The translations under genes and the position numbers were made by a program. A stretch of DNA of 64,000 bases from an uncultured Pseudomonadales bacterium. Lineage in GTDB: Bacteria > Patescibacteriota > Microgenomatia > UBA1400 > PJMF01. The stretch is taken from the NCBI GenBank assembly GCA_964583795.1, contig CAZOWX010000005.1, forward strand, positions 861-64,860, written 5' to 3'. A model generated the notes under the pieces. It was not told where the DNA came from. It did not search any database and worked only from the letters and a program-made list of their open reading frames with translations. Below, piece after piece: positions 1-9,817 of the stretch (its first letter is position 1; each line of letters opens with the position of its first letter).

Positions 1-165
1 TCTTTGGCTTGAGTAGTTTTATATTTCCAAAAAAAATACCCCGCAACGGAAATACTCACAACTGTCACCATTACAAAAATCGGTAACACTACAACAACCA
101 GTTTTTTTGAACCGAGAAAAAACTTTCCAGATTGTAGAGCTGAACTGTGGTCGATAATTTTCATT
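1..165 (-). CDS. Partial CDS (N-terminal ~55 aa; runs off the window start) of a small membrane protein. Minus-strand translation: MKIIDHSSALQSGKFFLGSKKLVVVVLPIFVMVTVVSISVAGYFFWKYKTTQAK...
   Basis: Reverse-complement reading from the ATG at 163-165 gives an open frame to the window edge with one clear hydrophobic TM segment. No strong SD. Confidence 0.25.
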
Positions 166-205
166 CTGAAGTAGCCGTCGCTTTCAATCAAGTAGCTTTT
201 ATGCA

Positions 206-3052
206 ATGATAAAAAATGTGAAAAAACTTTTTATCAGAGCATTACTACTTTTATTAGTAATTAGTATCATTCCTATTTCGTTTGCGCAAGCAGCTGATTT
301 CTCAGCCGCTTCTATTCAGCTCAGCCGACTTGCCGAAAATGTTTCCCCAGGACCAATTCTGATTCAGGCAAAAACAGGTGTAGCAGATACTGAAGATGCT
401 GTTCAAGTCATTGTCGGAAGTGCTTGGTCAATCGACACAAGTGCTAGCGCCTTTTCAGTATCAACGGCGAACCTTCCTACTGGGATTATTGCCTGGCCAG
501 GGATAAATACAGCTTCCCAAGTAACGGGACAAACAATTATTTTTCCAAGCAATGATTTAACCCCCGGCATTACCTATGGCTTTTATATTACGGGAGGACT
601 TTTGACCAACCCCACTGCAGGAAATAATCCACAACATCTATGGCAGATGAAAACACAAGTTTCAGGGAGTGACTCAAGTATCGTAGAGATTGCAATTCCT
701 ACCATAGTGAATGATCAAATTTCTGTCACCGCTTCGGTAGCCGCTGACCCAAACTCATTACAATTAGCTTTCAGCGAAGACCAGGGAATAACTAGTGTCC
801 AAGAAAACCAAACGCTATCGTACACACTGACTTATGGTTCAACACTACCGTACAGTAGCGCCGTCACCCTTCGCGCGTCGTGGAGTACAGGGACACTGAG
901 TGATTCAAGTCAAAATGGAATTCCAATTGTATCGTATGTCTCAAACTCAGCCACTGATGCTTACAATAGTACCGCTCCAGTCATCGACCTCACCAATCGA
1001 ACTATTACTTGGTCTATCGTCGCACTTCCAAATAACACCACGAACCAAACTGTTCAGTTTCAGCTCAAGACCACAAGCGCATACACTGGCTCACTCGGCG
1101 TCAATTTTTCAACTACTGGTGAAATTGTCTCTCCAACCAATAAGTCAACTTCAATTCAACACACATACAATTATTCGACACCAGTCATCAGTGCGACTCC
1201 CACTCCGACTCACACTATTACCCCTACCAACACCACTACTCCATCAAATACCTCAATCGCTGCAACAGCCACACCACAACAATCGGTGCAGTTATTTCCA
1301 TGTGATCAAAGTTGCACTGAAAGCAGTGGCTGTGAAACTCAATTTTGTGATCCAGCATTACGACGCTGTAGGCTAAAAACAAATCCGAGTAGTACGCAGT
1401 GTCAACCAAGCACTCTGTCACTTGTAGCTATTCACCCGACACAACTGCGATCAGATGCAGCTACCTTTGACGTACAACTTAGCTCAGAGGCTTTTTTGCA
1501 ACTCTACTTGGGAACGTCCACGTCATCGACGAAACTATATCAGACACTTCCCGCTACAACATTTCATCATCTAGCACTCACTGAGTTAACACCTGAAACC
1601 CAATACTTTTTTTCTTTCATTGCTCAATCCAGTGATGGAAACACCTATCAATCAGAAGTTTTCTCCTTTACCACCACTGCAAAATCTCACAATGTTTCAC
1701 TCCCTGACCAAATTTTATTTTCTTCAACGGGTATTTTGATTGCGTCGGGGAATACTTCCAGCACGCCACTTTTTCATCTCCCTACCAATTTGCCAGTTGA
1801 AACAACACTGTTGTTTCCCGATAACAGCTTTATTGCTTCAATTGTGATTCACGGGAGCTCTCAAAGTAATCAGTCACTCTTTTTGGGCAAGTTATCCGCT
1901 TCAACTAGTCAAGCATACTCAAGTAATTTAATACTGCCGCCTTCAACAGGGATATACGAACTTTTCGCTCGAATACAAAACATCTATGGCTCATTTGAAG
2001 AGTTACGGATAGCAAATCTGAAACTAATAACTCCATTGACTATCACTGATGCAACATCACATAAACCAATCGAACGAGCTGAAATCTTTGTCAAAAAAAA
2101 ACATCCGGTCACGAACGTGTACGAACCCTTTTCCAATTTGAGCGTAAACCCCGTTTTTTCTAACCACATAGGACAAACGATGCTCTATCTGGGTGATGGA
2201 GAATACCAAATTGAAGTTTCTGCATCTGGATACAAGAAACAAGAACTAAGCTTTGTAATCCAATCGGATTCTCTATCGCAATATCCTCAGGTGGAACTTA
2301 TTCCCTCATCAATCATTTCTTTCGATACCGTTTGGTACCATACTACGTCACTAAAAATTATTGGTGAGAGACTTACCCAACTTTTGGACACATTGGCACA
2401 ATCTCCTGCAACTGTTCAAGTTATTGGCTTTAGCTCACTAACTATTTTTAGCATCTTATCAACTCTGAGTTTACTATCCAAAACACATGTGACGTGGAAA
2501 GGCATCAAAGCAGCTTGGGAATTTCATAAAAAGTTTCATTTTCCTTCTTTGTATCCACAACATTTCTTCACCTTTGGAAAAGTCATCGATGCAACAACGG
2601 GTAAATCAATTCCAGTTTCAGAGATTGTGATAACAAACCAAAAAACAGGAATCACCATTTGGACTGGGAAAACTGATCACATTGGCATCTTTAAGTTCAG
2701 TACAAATAAAAAAGTACCCATCCACCTCACTATTACGGCGCCTGGATACTTGCCACTTGAAAAAGTAGTTGTTCCGCAAGAACAAAAAGCTATTGCTTAT
2801 AACTTTAAACTTGAGAAACAACAAAAAATGCTTCCGACCATGAGACGTCAGGCTCTCTTTTTTATCAAGCAATTATCTGGAAGGTTGTTTGAACTGTTTC
2901 TAATCTTATCGTTTGTTACTGAGTTAGTTGCCTTTCAATATTTCCCTACAACTGAAGTGTTACCGTTCTTTTCCTTATCAACCGTCAATTTGGGTTTATG
3001 GCTCCAGCATGGATACTCTGCGTATCTGCACAGTACTCATTTGACCCAATAA
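206..3052 (+). CDS. Large secreted surface protein (948 aa): signal peptide, beta-rich domains, Thr/Pro/Ser linker with a 6-Cys mini-domain, carboxypeptidase-regulatory-like repeats, C-terminal hydrophobic helices.
   Basis: N-terminus MIKNVKKLFIRALLLLLVISIIPISFAQA is a typical Sec signal. TPTPTHTITPTNTTTPSNTS linker. Cys cluster FPCDQSCTESSGCETQFCDPALRRCRLK. Several hydrophobic segments in the last ~200 aa. Confidence 0.6.
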   Translation: MIKNVKKLFIRALLLLLVISIIPISFAQAADFSAASIQLSRLAENVSPGPILIQAKTGVADTEDAVQVIVGSAWSIDTSASAFSVSTANLPTGIIAWPGINTASQVTGQTIIFPSNDLTPGITYGFYITGGLLTNPTAGNNPQHLWQMKTQVSGSDSSIVEIAIPTIVNDQISVTASVAADPNSLQLAFSEDQGITSVQENQTLSYTLTYGSTLPYSSAVTLRASWSTGTLSDSSQNGIPIVSYVSNSATDAYNSTAPVIDLTNRTITWSIVALPNNTTNQTVQFQLKTTSAYTGSLGVNFSTTGEIVSPTNKSTSIQHTYNYSTPVISATPTPTHTITPTNTTTPSNTSIAATATPQQSVQLFPCDQSCTESSGCETQFCDPALRRCRLKTNPSSTQCQPSTLSLVAIHPTQLRSDAATFDVQLSSEAFLQLYLGTSTSSTKLYQTLPATTFHHLALTELTPETQYFFSFIAQSSDGNTYQSEVFSFTTTAKSHNVSLPDQILFSSTGILIASGNTSSTPLFHLPTNLPVETTLLFPDNSFIASIVIHGSSQSNQSLFLGKLSASTSQAYSSNLILPPSTGIYELFARIQNIYGSFEELRIANLKLITPLTITDATSHKPIERAEIFVKKKHPVTNVYEPFSNLSVNPVFSNHIGQTMLYLGDGEYQIEVSASGYKKQELSFVIQSDSLSQYPQVELIPSSIISFDTVWYHTTSLKIIGERLTQLLDTLAQSPATVQVIGFSSLTIFSILSTLSLLSKTHVTWKGIKAAWEFHKKFHFPSLYPQHFFTFGKVIDATTGKSIPVSEIVITNQKTGITIWTGKTDHIGIFKFSTNKKVPIHLTITAPGYLPLEKVVVPQEQKAIAYNFKLEKQQKMLPTMRRQALFFIKQLSGRLFELFLILSFVTELVAFQYFPTTEVLPFFSLSTVNLGLWLQHGYSAYLHSTHLTQ

Positions 3053-3101
3053 CACACTACAACTCATACGAATCAAGGTACTCCTTCACAAAAGAATTCA
3101 A

Positions 3102-3728
3102 TTATTCAAAGTGAGCTTTGGCATTTTCACCTTTTTCCAATACTTTCGTCGTCTTTGACCATATGGAGTACTGCTCAATTCGCCATTGGTTTTTCGCATC
3201 CTTTCTTAAAAATTGGATCTGATTCTGCTTAAATCTTGGCGAAATTGCTACATCACCTTGAGTGATCTGTGTTGTATTTTGGCCATCAAACCAAAAAATC
3301 TGCCAGCTTCCTTGACTCCAACCTTGCCAAACTGATTGGCCCTTATGATTCACTTGAGGATCTTGGTTAATTGTTACTTCGTTTAACTGAAGCACTCGAG
3401 AAGTATTTGTTGAAAACTGATAGAGCACCACTTGTTGCACACCAGAGTCAAGGTTCTCCTCGATCCACACGGCAAAATCATCAACTCCAAACGGTTTAAA
3501 GTGATTTTGGTACCCAGCAGTCAGTTGTTTTTTTGTCCCATTTTCAATTAAAAAAATTTGCGAAAAATCATTTACCGATTCAACTTGCAATTTCAATATT
3601 TTATCTTGGTGAAAAACCTCAAATAGTTGCTCAGTAATAAATTTCCGTGTTTGAGCACTTACACCAATCAAAACCACCAAAAGCAGTACACTAACAGCAA
3701 AAATATTGCGTCTCTTCTTCATACTCAC
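3102..3728 (-). CDS. Hypothetical secreted protein (208 aa), last gene of the minus-strand surface-protein cluster.
   Basis: N-terminus MSMKKRRNIFAVSVLLLVVLIGVSAQT (signal/anchor). 53 bp downstream of the 1273-aa gene on the same strand. Confidence 0.5.
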   Translation of the reverse strand: MSMKKRRNIFAVSVLLLVVLIGVSAQTRKFITEQLFEVFHQDKILKLQVESVNDFSQIFLIENGTKKQLTAGYQNHFKPFGVDDFAVWIEENLDSGVQQVVLYQFSTNTSRVLQLNEVTINQDPQVNHKGQSVWQGWSQGSWQIFWFDGQNTTQITQGDVAISPRFKQNQIQFLRKDAKNQWRIEQYSIWSKTTKVLEKGENAKAHFE

Positions 3729-3781
3729 AGGATATATCCTAACAACAATACGGTGTCAATAATTTAGAGTTGCTCAGGTCA

Positions 3782-6700
3782 CTACCAAAATAGACCTTGC
3801 TCTGCTTCATCGGAAAAAAACTTGCCATGACGCATCAGATCACTCGTTACAGGCTTTGTCGTAAGAGTGGGACAGTACGTATAAGCAGTAAATACTGTTC
3901 CATCGCTTTCCACCACTCGAAAACTGTATCGTTTCGCTGAGGTCGAGTTTGTGCCAACAATGTGAAAATCGTACTCGATATCCTGCCCAACGGTCGCCGA
4001 GTTGGCATTTGTTGTGGTTGGATTTGACTTTGCATATTGTCCGGCAACATCGGAGTTCGATAATGCAGTCGTGATGGTCGTCCCATCGGTAACCGATGAT
4101 GTCGCAAACTCCCACGTTTGTGCAGCTCCAACATCAGTCCAAGAGCCAGTTGTGCAACTTCCATCGGTTCCAGCCTTAAACTGCAATTTAAACTGCTGAC
4201 TGGTAGCACTCAGATTATTTGTGCCAATTGTGATATTGATCCTCAGTCTCAGCTCATCAGTAGTACTGGGAGGGTTATTTGTACTCGGGAGTGGTGATAA
4301 CGTCGCATTCTCAGCTAGATCAGGATTTCCCCATACATCAGTCGGATTTGTACCATCATTATCGGAATACCACCGATAATAGTTCTGCGTAAAGGTAGGA
4401 ACAGCTGCAATAGTTGCTTGGGCATAAACAGTATAGGTATTCGTGTTGGTAAGTCTAAAACAATAATTTGCTCCATCAGTTGCATTTGTCGTGGCTTGCA
4501 AAGAAAATTCGATCTCAGTAAATTGGTTGTTTACTAAAGTAATACTTCCTGTCGTATTGCCTGTATCTTTTGTTTCACCAGCCACAAAAGTACTCGACTC
4601 ATCGGTCAAACTCCCAGTAAAATTGGTTGTTGCGCTTCCATCTGTAAGATAAGTGGACCCCACGATCTGCCATGCACCACTTGAATCTGTTGGCACTGCC
4701 GCAAACGTCCCTGAGCTACAAGTTGATGCCTGTGCTACTTGCAATTGGTGGGTTGCACCACCATCACTGGCAGATCCTTCGTTAGAAAGCTCTAATCGCA
4801 GTCTGTAGTTGGTTGTTTTGGGAAAACTAGTGAACACCGTATCCTCAGCTTTCGCCCAAGTGGCACCGGTCCCACCACTAATAGGGTCACTGTCATAGAC
4901 ACCAGCATCATCAAAGAAAATGTCATCACCGATTGTTTCCCAATTGACAATCTGAACTATACCAAAACGAGCTATGGAAGGAGTATTTGCTAAACCACTT
5001 GTTCCAGACGAAGTATCAGTAACTGACGCCTGACTAGTACCATCCAACCACCACTCAACAACCGGATTTGTTCCTGACTTATCAATCATGAGCGTTACTT
5101 GATACCAACTCCCTTCGGTTAAAGTGATCTCACTGCCAGTCAAAGTGTTTGTTCCACTTTTGGTTTGATATGCCAATCGCAAAGATGGTCCACCAGTGGG
5201 CCCCGCGCCAATAATTAACCAAGCTTGCTCACCGGAAGCGCTAAAAATCGCCAAAAGAGCCTTTGACCCTGCAACTTCGTATCCAGACGCAATGGTAGAG
5301 CTAATATTGACCCAAGTATGAAGATATACTTTGTTAGTAGTTGTCGAAAAAGTAAAGTTGTCTTGAGCATAGGATTCATCCATACAATCAGTTACTGTAC
5401 AGGCAGCATGAAAAAGAGCTCCATACGTTCCATTTTTTTTGTATGAGGCGCCTGTAAACTGAGAACCACTCCCAAACGTACTTGTGGCATCCCAAGCACT
5501 AAAATCATTACTCTCAAATCCATCACTAAATAAAGGCGTGGGAGCATCTGGAGATGTTTGATCTCCATTATCATTGCGCCATCGATAATGAATCTGCTGC
5601 ACGTCAATTGTGCCAATCGACCAAGCAGGTGTAAGTGTATAGTCGGTTAACACAAGTCCGTTAGCAGTAATCCGAAACTGGTAAGTATCACCAGTAGTTG
5701 CCTGACTAGTAGCCGTCATACACCATTCCATCTCAGTATATTGTGAATCGTTAATATCTATCGTATCGGCTGGATTTTCATCATCCATCATCCGTCCGGC
5801 AATAAACGTGGGACTACCAGTAGGTGCAGTCAGTTGTGCAGTAGTAGCATCTCCTGAAGCCGTAATGTATGTTGAAGTTGCTAACTGGATAGGTGCATCA
5901 ACTTGCCTCAGACGTAAAATAATCGAAGCTCCACCGGGAGCAGTTGCTGAGTTAGCAGATGAAGTCATCGTAAATGTGGGGGCAGTTGAAGCTGTGCCAC
6001 TACTCACGGCGTGATCCGACATTACCAACTCCATGTCATCACCACCTGTCGAAGCTGTCTCAACTCGCTCAGCTTGAGTACCCATTGTCAAACCTGTAGC
6101 CGTGATCGCTTGTGCACTGTAGTTGTATAAATCAGTATTAACGGCACTAACAACTACCACCATATCTCCAGCGGTGATACCTGGGTCTGCTGCTCCAGTA
6201 ACTGACCAAGTATTGCTACTACCTGTATTATCACTTCCATTTGTCGCGGCTAAATCCCATTTTTTTCCATTCCCTTTGGTATATCTGACAATCTGACCTT
6301 CAGAACCATTGGCAGTAGGCACATCAACGCTAAAGACAACGCTGTCTTCCCATCCTTCAGCCTCTCTAACATATACCGAGGCATAGATTAAACCTGTATC
6401 TAACCCTGTGGTTCCAATACCACCTGAAGCTCGGTAATTAGTGACAGCAGTCCACCCAGTTGGGGTAGTAGGCCCATTGGTCGGGTACTTATTGGCGATA
6501 CCCATCACCAACAAGTCTCCTTGATTTACTGTAGCTGGTGCAGTGATCTGAAGCACTGTAGTTTGATTACCTGAAGCCGTTCCAACTGAACTATATGCAA
6601 TCGAGCCACTTGGTGCTTGTACGGGCCGATAGACAGTGTCACTTGATAATTTGTATTCTACTTGGTACTGGGTTGTTGCTTGGTTACCAGCTGACGTATC

Positions 6701-7603
6701 ATTTAATATCGTACGAAGACGAGTATTGGTTGCGGTTGAACGAGCTATGTTTGTGTCTTGATTCGCCAGCCATGTCGCAGCATCCTCATCTCCATCATCG
6801 CTGCGCCATCGGAAGCCTTCTTGCTCAACAGTATTTGTAACAACATCTATCTTGACATAATCAACACTAATCACAACTGCTGCCACTGACTCTGACACAG
6901 CCCACGTGATAATTCCATTAGCATCAATATAGTTGGCAAAATTTACCCCAGTTAAACTTCTTGTAAAACTAGTTTCGGTACTAGCAGTAATACTTTGTAC
7001 TGTACCTAACCTAATCCAAGCAATATCATTTATTGCTGCTGTAGTATCGTCTTTAACATAGATGCTAAAATTAGCTGTTGAAGTCGTGTATCCTTCAAAA
7101 GTAAAATCTATCTGAGCAATATCTGCAGGATCTTCTGTAATGTCCATTTCGAAATAATTTAAAATGAAGTCACCAGTCCCTGGATTTGCTGAAGCAAATC
7201 GTGAATTGTCTGAAGCTGAGAGTGCTGTATAGTTTGCATCCACATTTTCGGTGTGAGTATTGACATTAGCAGCAGTATTTGCAAACGGGAATATATCAAC
7301 ATCATCAGCAGATGCCCACCAACTTGTACTGGTATCACAGGTGTTTCCTCCCGCACAAGCTGAAAAGTCATATGAAGTTGTCAGTGCTTTGGCTTGTGAT
7401 ACTACCTTTGGCGCATTCTGAGTAACGAATTCCTTCGACCCATTGATGATGTTTGCTTGTTTCGCCAAATTTATCGACAAAAGCATTAAACCATCAATTG
7501 GAAAACCTGAAAAAAAAATCATCACCATCAAAAAAATAGCGATCGATCTTCCGCAGTGCCTTTTTATTTTTGTCGACAAATGAAGTGAGAATATTTCTGA
7601 CAT
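3782..7603 (-). CDS. Giant secreted surface/fibre protein (1273 aa), Thr/Ser/Gly/Ala-rich, built of three ~400-aa modules each marked by an aromatic-RW[RY]-x-D-[DN]-[GD] motif.
   Basis: N-terminal TM/signal (IAIFLMVMIFFSGFPIDGLMLL). Motifs GFRWRSDDGDEDAATW (~aa 264), IHYRWRNDNGDQTSP (~aa 671) and NYYRWYSDNDGTNPTDVW (~aa 1076), read on the reverse strand at ~6790-6815, ~5575-5600 and ~4350-4385. Low-complexity beta-rich composition throughout. Confidence 0.65.
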   Translation of the reverse strand: MSEIFSLHLSTKIKRHCGRSIAIFLMVMIFFSGFPIDGLMLLSINLAKQANIINGSKEFVTQNAPKVVSQAKALTTSYDFSACAGGNTCDTSTSWWASADDVDIFPFANTAANVNTHTENVDANYTALSASDNSRFASANPGTGDFILNYFEMDITEDPADIAQIDFTFEGYTTSTANFSIYVKDDTTAAINDIAWIRLGTVQSITASTETSFTRSLTGVNFANYIDANGIITWAVSESVAAVVISVDYVKIDVVTNTVEQEGFRWRSDDGDEDAATWLANQDTNIARSTATNTRLRTILNDTSAGNQATTQYQVEYKLSSDTVYRPVQAPSGSIAYSSVGTASGNQTTVLQITAPATVNQGDLLVMGIANKYPTNGPTTPTGWTAVTNYRASGGIGTTGLDTGLIYASVYVREAEGWEDSVVFSVDVPTANGSEGQIVRYTKGNGKKWDLAATNGSDNTGSSNTWSVTGAADPGITAGDMVVVVSAVNTDLYNYSAQAITATGLTMGTQAERVETASTGGDDMELVMSDHAVSSGTASTAPTFTMTSSANSATAPGGASIILRLRQVDAPIQLATSTYITASGDATTAQLTAPTGSPTFIAGRMMDDENPADTIDINDSQYTEMEWCMTATSQATTGDTYQFRITANGLVLTDYTLTPAWSIGTIDVQQIHYRWRNDNGDQTSPDAPTPLFSDGFESNDFSAWDATSTFGSGSQFTGASYKKNGTYGALFHAACTVTDCMDESYAQDNFTFSTTTNKVYLHTWVNISSTIASGYEVAGSKALLAIFSASGEQAWLIIGAGPTGGPSLRLAYQTKSGTNTLTGSEITLTEGSWYQVTLMIDKSGTNPVVEWWLDGTSQASVTDTSSGTSGLANTPSIARFGIVQIVNWETIGDDIFFDDAGVYDSDPISGGTGATWAKAEDTVFTSFPKTTNYRLRLELSNEGSASDGGATHQLQVAQASTCSSGTFAAVPTDSSGAWQIVGSTYLTDGSATTNFTGSLTDESSTFVAGETKDTGNTTGSITLVNNQFTEIEFSLQATTNATDGANYCFRLTNTNTYTVYAQATIAAVPTFTQNYYRWYSDNDGTNPTDVWGNPDLAENATLSPLPSTNNPPSTTDELRLRINITIGTNNLSATSQQFKLQFKAGTDGSCTTGSWTDVGAAQTWEFATSSVTDGTTITTALSNSDVAGQYAKSNPTTTNANSATVGQDIEYDFHIVGTNSTSAKRYSFRVVESDGTVFTAYTYCPTLTTKPVTSDLMRHGKFFSDEAEQGLFW

Positions 7604-7605
7604 AG

Positions 7606-9687
7606 TTAGTTATTACTCAAATAATTCAAATTCATCTCTCCAACTTGGACGCTGTCTCCCCCCGTGTCAGCTGTCAACACCAAACGCACTGTCAAATAAG
7701 ATCCCGGTGTATAAGTACCGGCAAAACTGGCCTCAACGGCAGTTTGCGTCCAAGTCGTGCCTGCTACTTGAGTTCCACCTGCATTTTCCAGTACCCCCGC
7801 CGTGTCATACACATACACACTGACTGCATTGTTGGTCGCATCAGTGCGCTTTGCATACACTTGAATCGGATTACTATCCCAAGCTGCAAAATTATCTGGC
7901 ACCCGCCAGCGTACCCAAATATCATAGTCTTGAGCAGACCCTTGTGACGTGGTCCAACTATAATAGTTATGAATATCACCAGAGGTGTTACACACAGATG
8001 TGTTGGTATCAGGAACATCAGCGCTTGCTCCCTGTTCACAAAAATCAGTGGTCATTGTTCCCGAGTTGCTTCCCCCATCTGCAGTTAACGTCGCTCCAGG
8101 ATATTCTGGAGAAAGTGTCTGTTTTCTTGCCGGCCGAGCTGTACCAGCATAGAGTGGACCACTTGACTCGTCAAACGTATAGGTATTTCCACCTCCTCCT
8201 AATACTACCGAGTCATTGGCATCAATGGTCAGTACTCCATCAGAAGTCACACTATCTGAATTCACCGCCAACGAGCCTGAGGTAATGGTTGCTCCTCCTG
8301 CTGTAACTGCGATTCCTCCTGAAGTAACTGAGAGGGCATCAGCAAGGGTCAATCCTCCGGTACCAGAGAAATCTGTTCCGGATGCACCAACATTGGCAAT
8401 GATTAAGTTGGCCATGTCAATACCAGTTGTGAAACCACCGCCGGCATTGACAAACTTAATTCCAGTTTCTACTGCTTCATTGGTATCAGCGTTGTTAATC
8501 ACCAAAATAGATTCTGTTGTGCCAGTCGCCCCCCCATCATTCGCATTATTAAGTTCTAATAATGATTGACTGGTGATATCCACCACAGCATCATTCGTCA
8601 TTGTCATTGATAGTCCAGTAAAACCAGCCGCAGTTACTGCCGTGTTCCAGTCCAAGGTTTGAACTGTTTCTGCCATAGCAACTGAACCATTGCCAGAGGG
8701 ATCACCAATAGTATCCCAGGCCGTAGTTCCACCTGCCCCAATACAGTCAGTCCATCCGGCATTTTGATAACAGCGGAACTTATTATCAAAGGTGTTGTAG
8801 TACATATTTCCCTCCACATTCAAAACGGGATCACCTGTCGTGGTTTTGACCGGAAAACGGACCACACCAGCTCCATCAGTTTCATCAGTAGCAAAAATCA
8901 AAGTGCCATCAGTTCCGTTCGTAATCGACTCGGCATTTTCAAATGAGAGACCTGTGTTACCTATCGTTTTATTCGTCAGCGTTTCACTGCCAGCTAGAGT
9001 AGCAAGCGTTCCTGTGGTTGGCAAAGTCACATTGGTTGTTCCTGTCGTAGTCAGAGTTAGTGCGTTAGCTCCACTAGTGGAAAAATCCGCTACAAACGTT
9101 AAAGTACTCCCATCTGCAACTTTTAAAATTCCAGTAGTATCAGCACCGCCAGCTGAATCTTGCACAGTGAGCCCAGAAACTGTTTTAGCGTTGAAGGCAT
9201 ATGGGACTGCTGTGAGTCTGATACGAGGATCCATTTCACCATCACCATTGAAGTTCACTCCTAAGTACCAAGTGTCAGCATTAAAGTCGAAACTGGAGAG
9301 GTTTGAGTGTGTACCTAACTCAACTTGAAACACACCATCGGTGACTGTCACTTGAGAAGTGCCCACATTCCAAGTTTCAGTCCATGTTGCGCTTCCAGCT
9401 GAGGCAACGTTATAAATAGAAAAAACAAAATCGTAGCTTCCATTTGTAACATTGGTTCCGTTGGAGTTGACTACTTTTCCCTGAAAATTAATTGTTTCCC
9501 GAATTCCCTCTGCTGCTTTTACTGGAAAGGCAAATTGGTACCACAACAAAACCCACAGAAGGGCTGCGCTCCCAATACCAACAAAGAGTCTGCTGACTCG
9601 ATTACTCATATGTCTGGTATTCACTGTAGCAAAAAGTCGAGTAGTGTGATATGCGAACAAGACACGAAGGTGTAAAAATATCTGCAC
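7606..9687 (-). CDS. Secreted fibrous surface protein (693 aa), Gly/Thr-rich, sharing the W-RWR-x-D motif module with the downstream 1273-aa gene.
   Basis: TM/signal LFVGIGSAALLWVLLWYQFAFPVKAAEG. N-terminal beta-sandwich-like segment INFQGKVVNSNGTNVTNGSYDFVFSIYNVASAGSATWTETWNV...RIRLTAVPYAFNA. C-terminal DIWVRWRVPDNFAAW motif (~7895-7925). Only a 3-bp gap to the next gene, so co-operonic. Confidence 0.6.
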   Translation of the reverse strand: MQIFLHLRVLFAYHTTRLFATVNTRHMSNRVSRLFVGIGSAALLWVLLWYQFAFPVKAAEGIRETINFQGKVVNSNGTNVTNGSYDFVFSIYNVASAGSATWTETWNVGTSQVTVTDGVFQVELGTHSNLSSFDFNADTWYLGVNFNGDGEMDPRIRLTAVPYAFNAKTVSGLTVQDSAGGADTTGILKVADGSTLTFVADFSTSGANALTLTTTGTTNVTLPTTGTLATLAGSETLTNKTIGNTGLSFENAESITNGTDGTLIFATDETDGAGVVRFPVKTTTGDPVLNVEGNMYYNTFDNKFRCYQNAGWTDCIGAGGTTAWDTIGDPSGNGSVAMAETVQTLDWNTAVTAAGFTGLSMTMTNDAVVDITSQSLLELNNANDGGATGTTESILVINNADTNEAVETGIKFVNAGGGFTTGIDMANLIIANVGASGTDFSGTGGLTLADALSVTSGGIAVTAGGATITSGSLAVNSDSVTSDGVLTIDANDSVVLGGGGNTYTFDESSGPLYAGTARPARKQTLSPEYPGATLTADGGSNSGTMTTDFCEQGASADVPDTNTSVCNTSGDIHNYYSWTTSQGSAQDYDIWVRWRVPDNFAAWDSNPIQVYAKRTDATNNAVSVYVYDTAGVLENAGGTQVAGTTWTQTAVEASFAGTYTPGSYLTVRLVLTADTGGDSVQVGEMNLNYLSNN

Positions 9688-9817
9688 AACAAAGTCATTT
9701 TTTCAAACACAATAACAAGTGAATTGTCACTTCAAATAAAATACTTTATTCAAGTGCTAAAAAAATTGACCGCGTTATCAGTGAAAATCAAATCGTTTCG
9801 AAATTCCTTTTTGCTGA

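Noticed and set aside
3840-9328. Numerous 60-160-aa ORFs on either strand inside the 1273-aa and 693-aa genes (e.g. 3847-4209, 5392-5616, 7851-8285, 8840-9328).
   Set aside because: They lie entirely inside long, coherent coding frames of low-complexity genes, are antisense or alternative-frame artefacts of the biased composition, and have no start signals.
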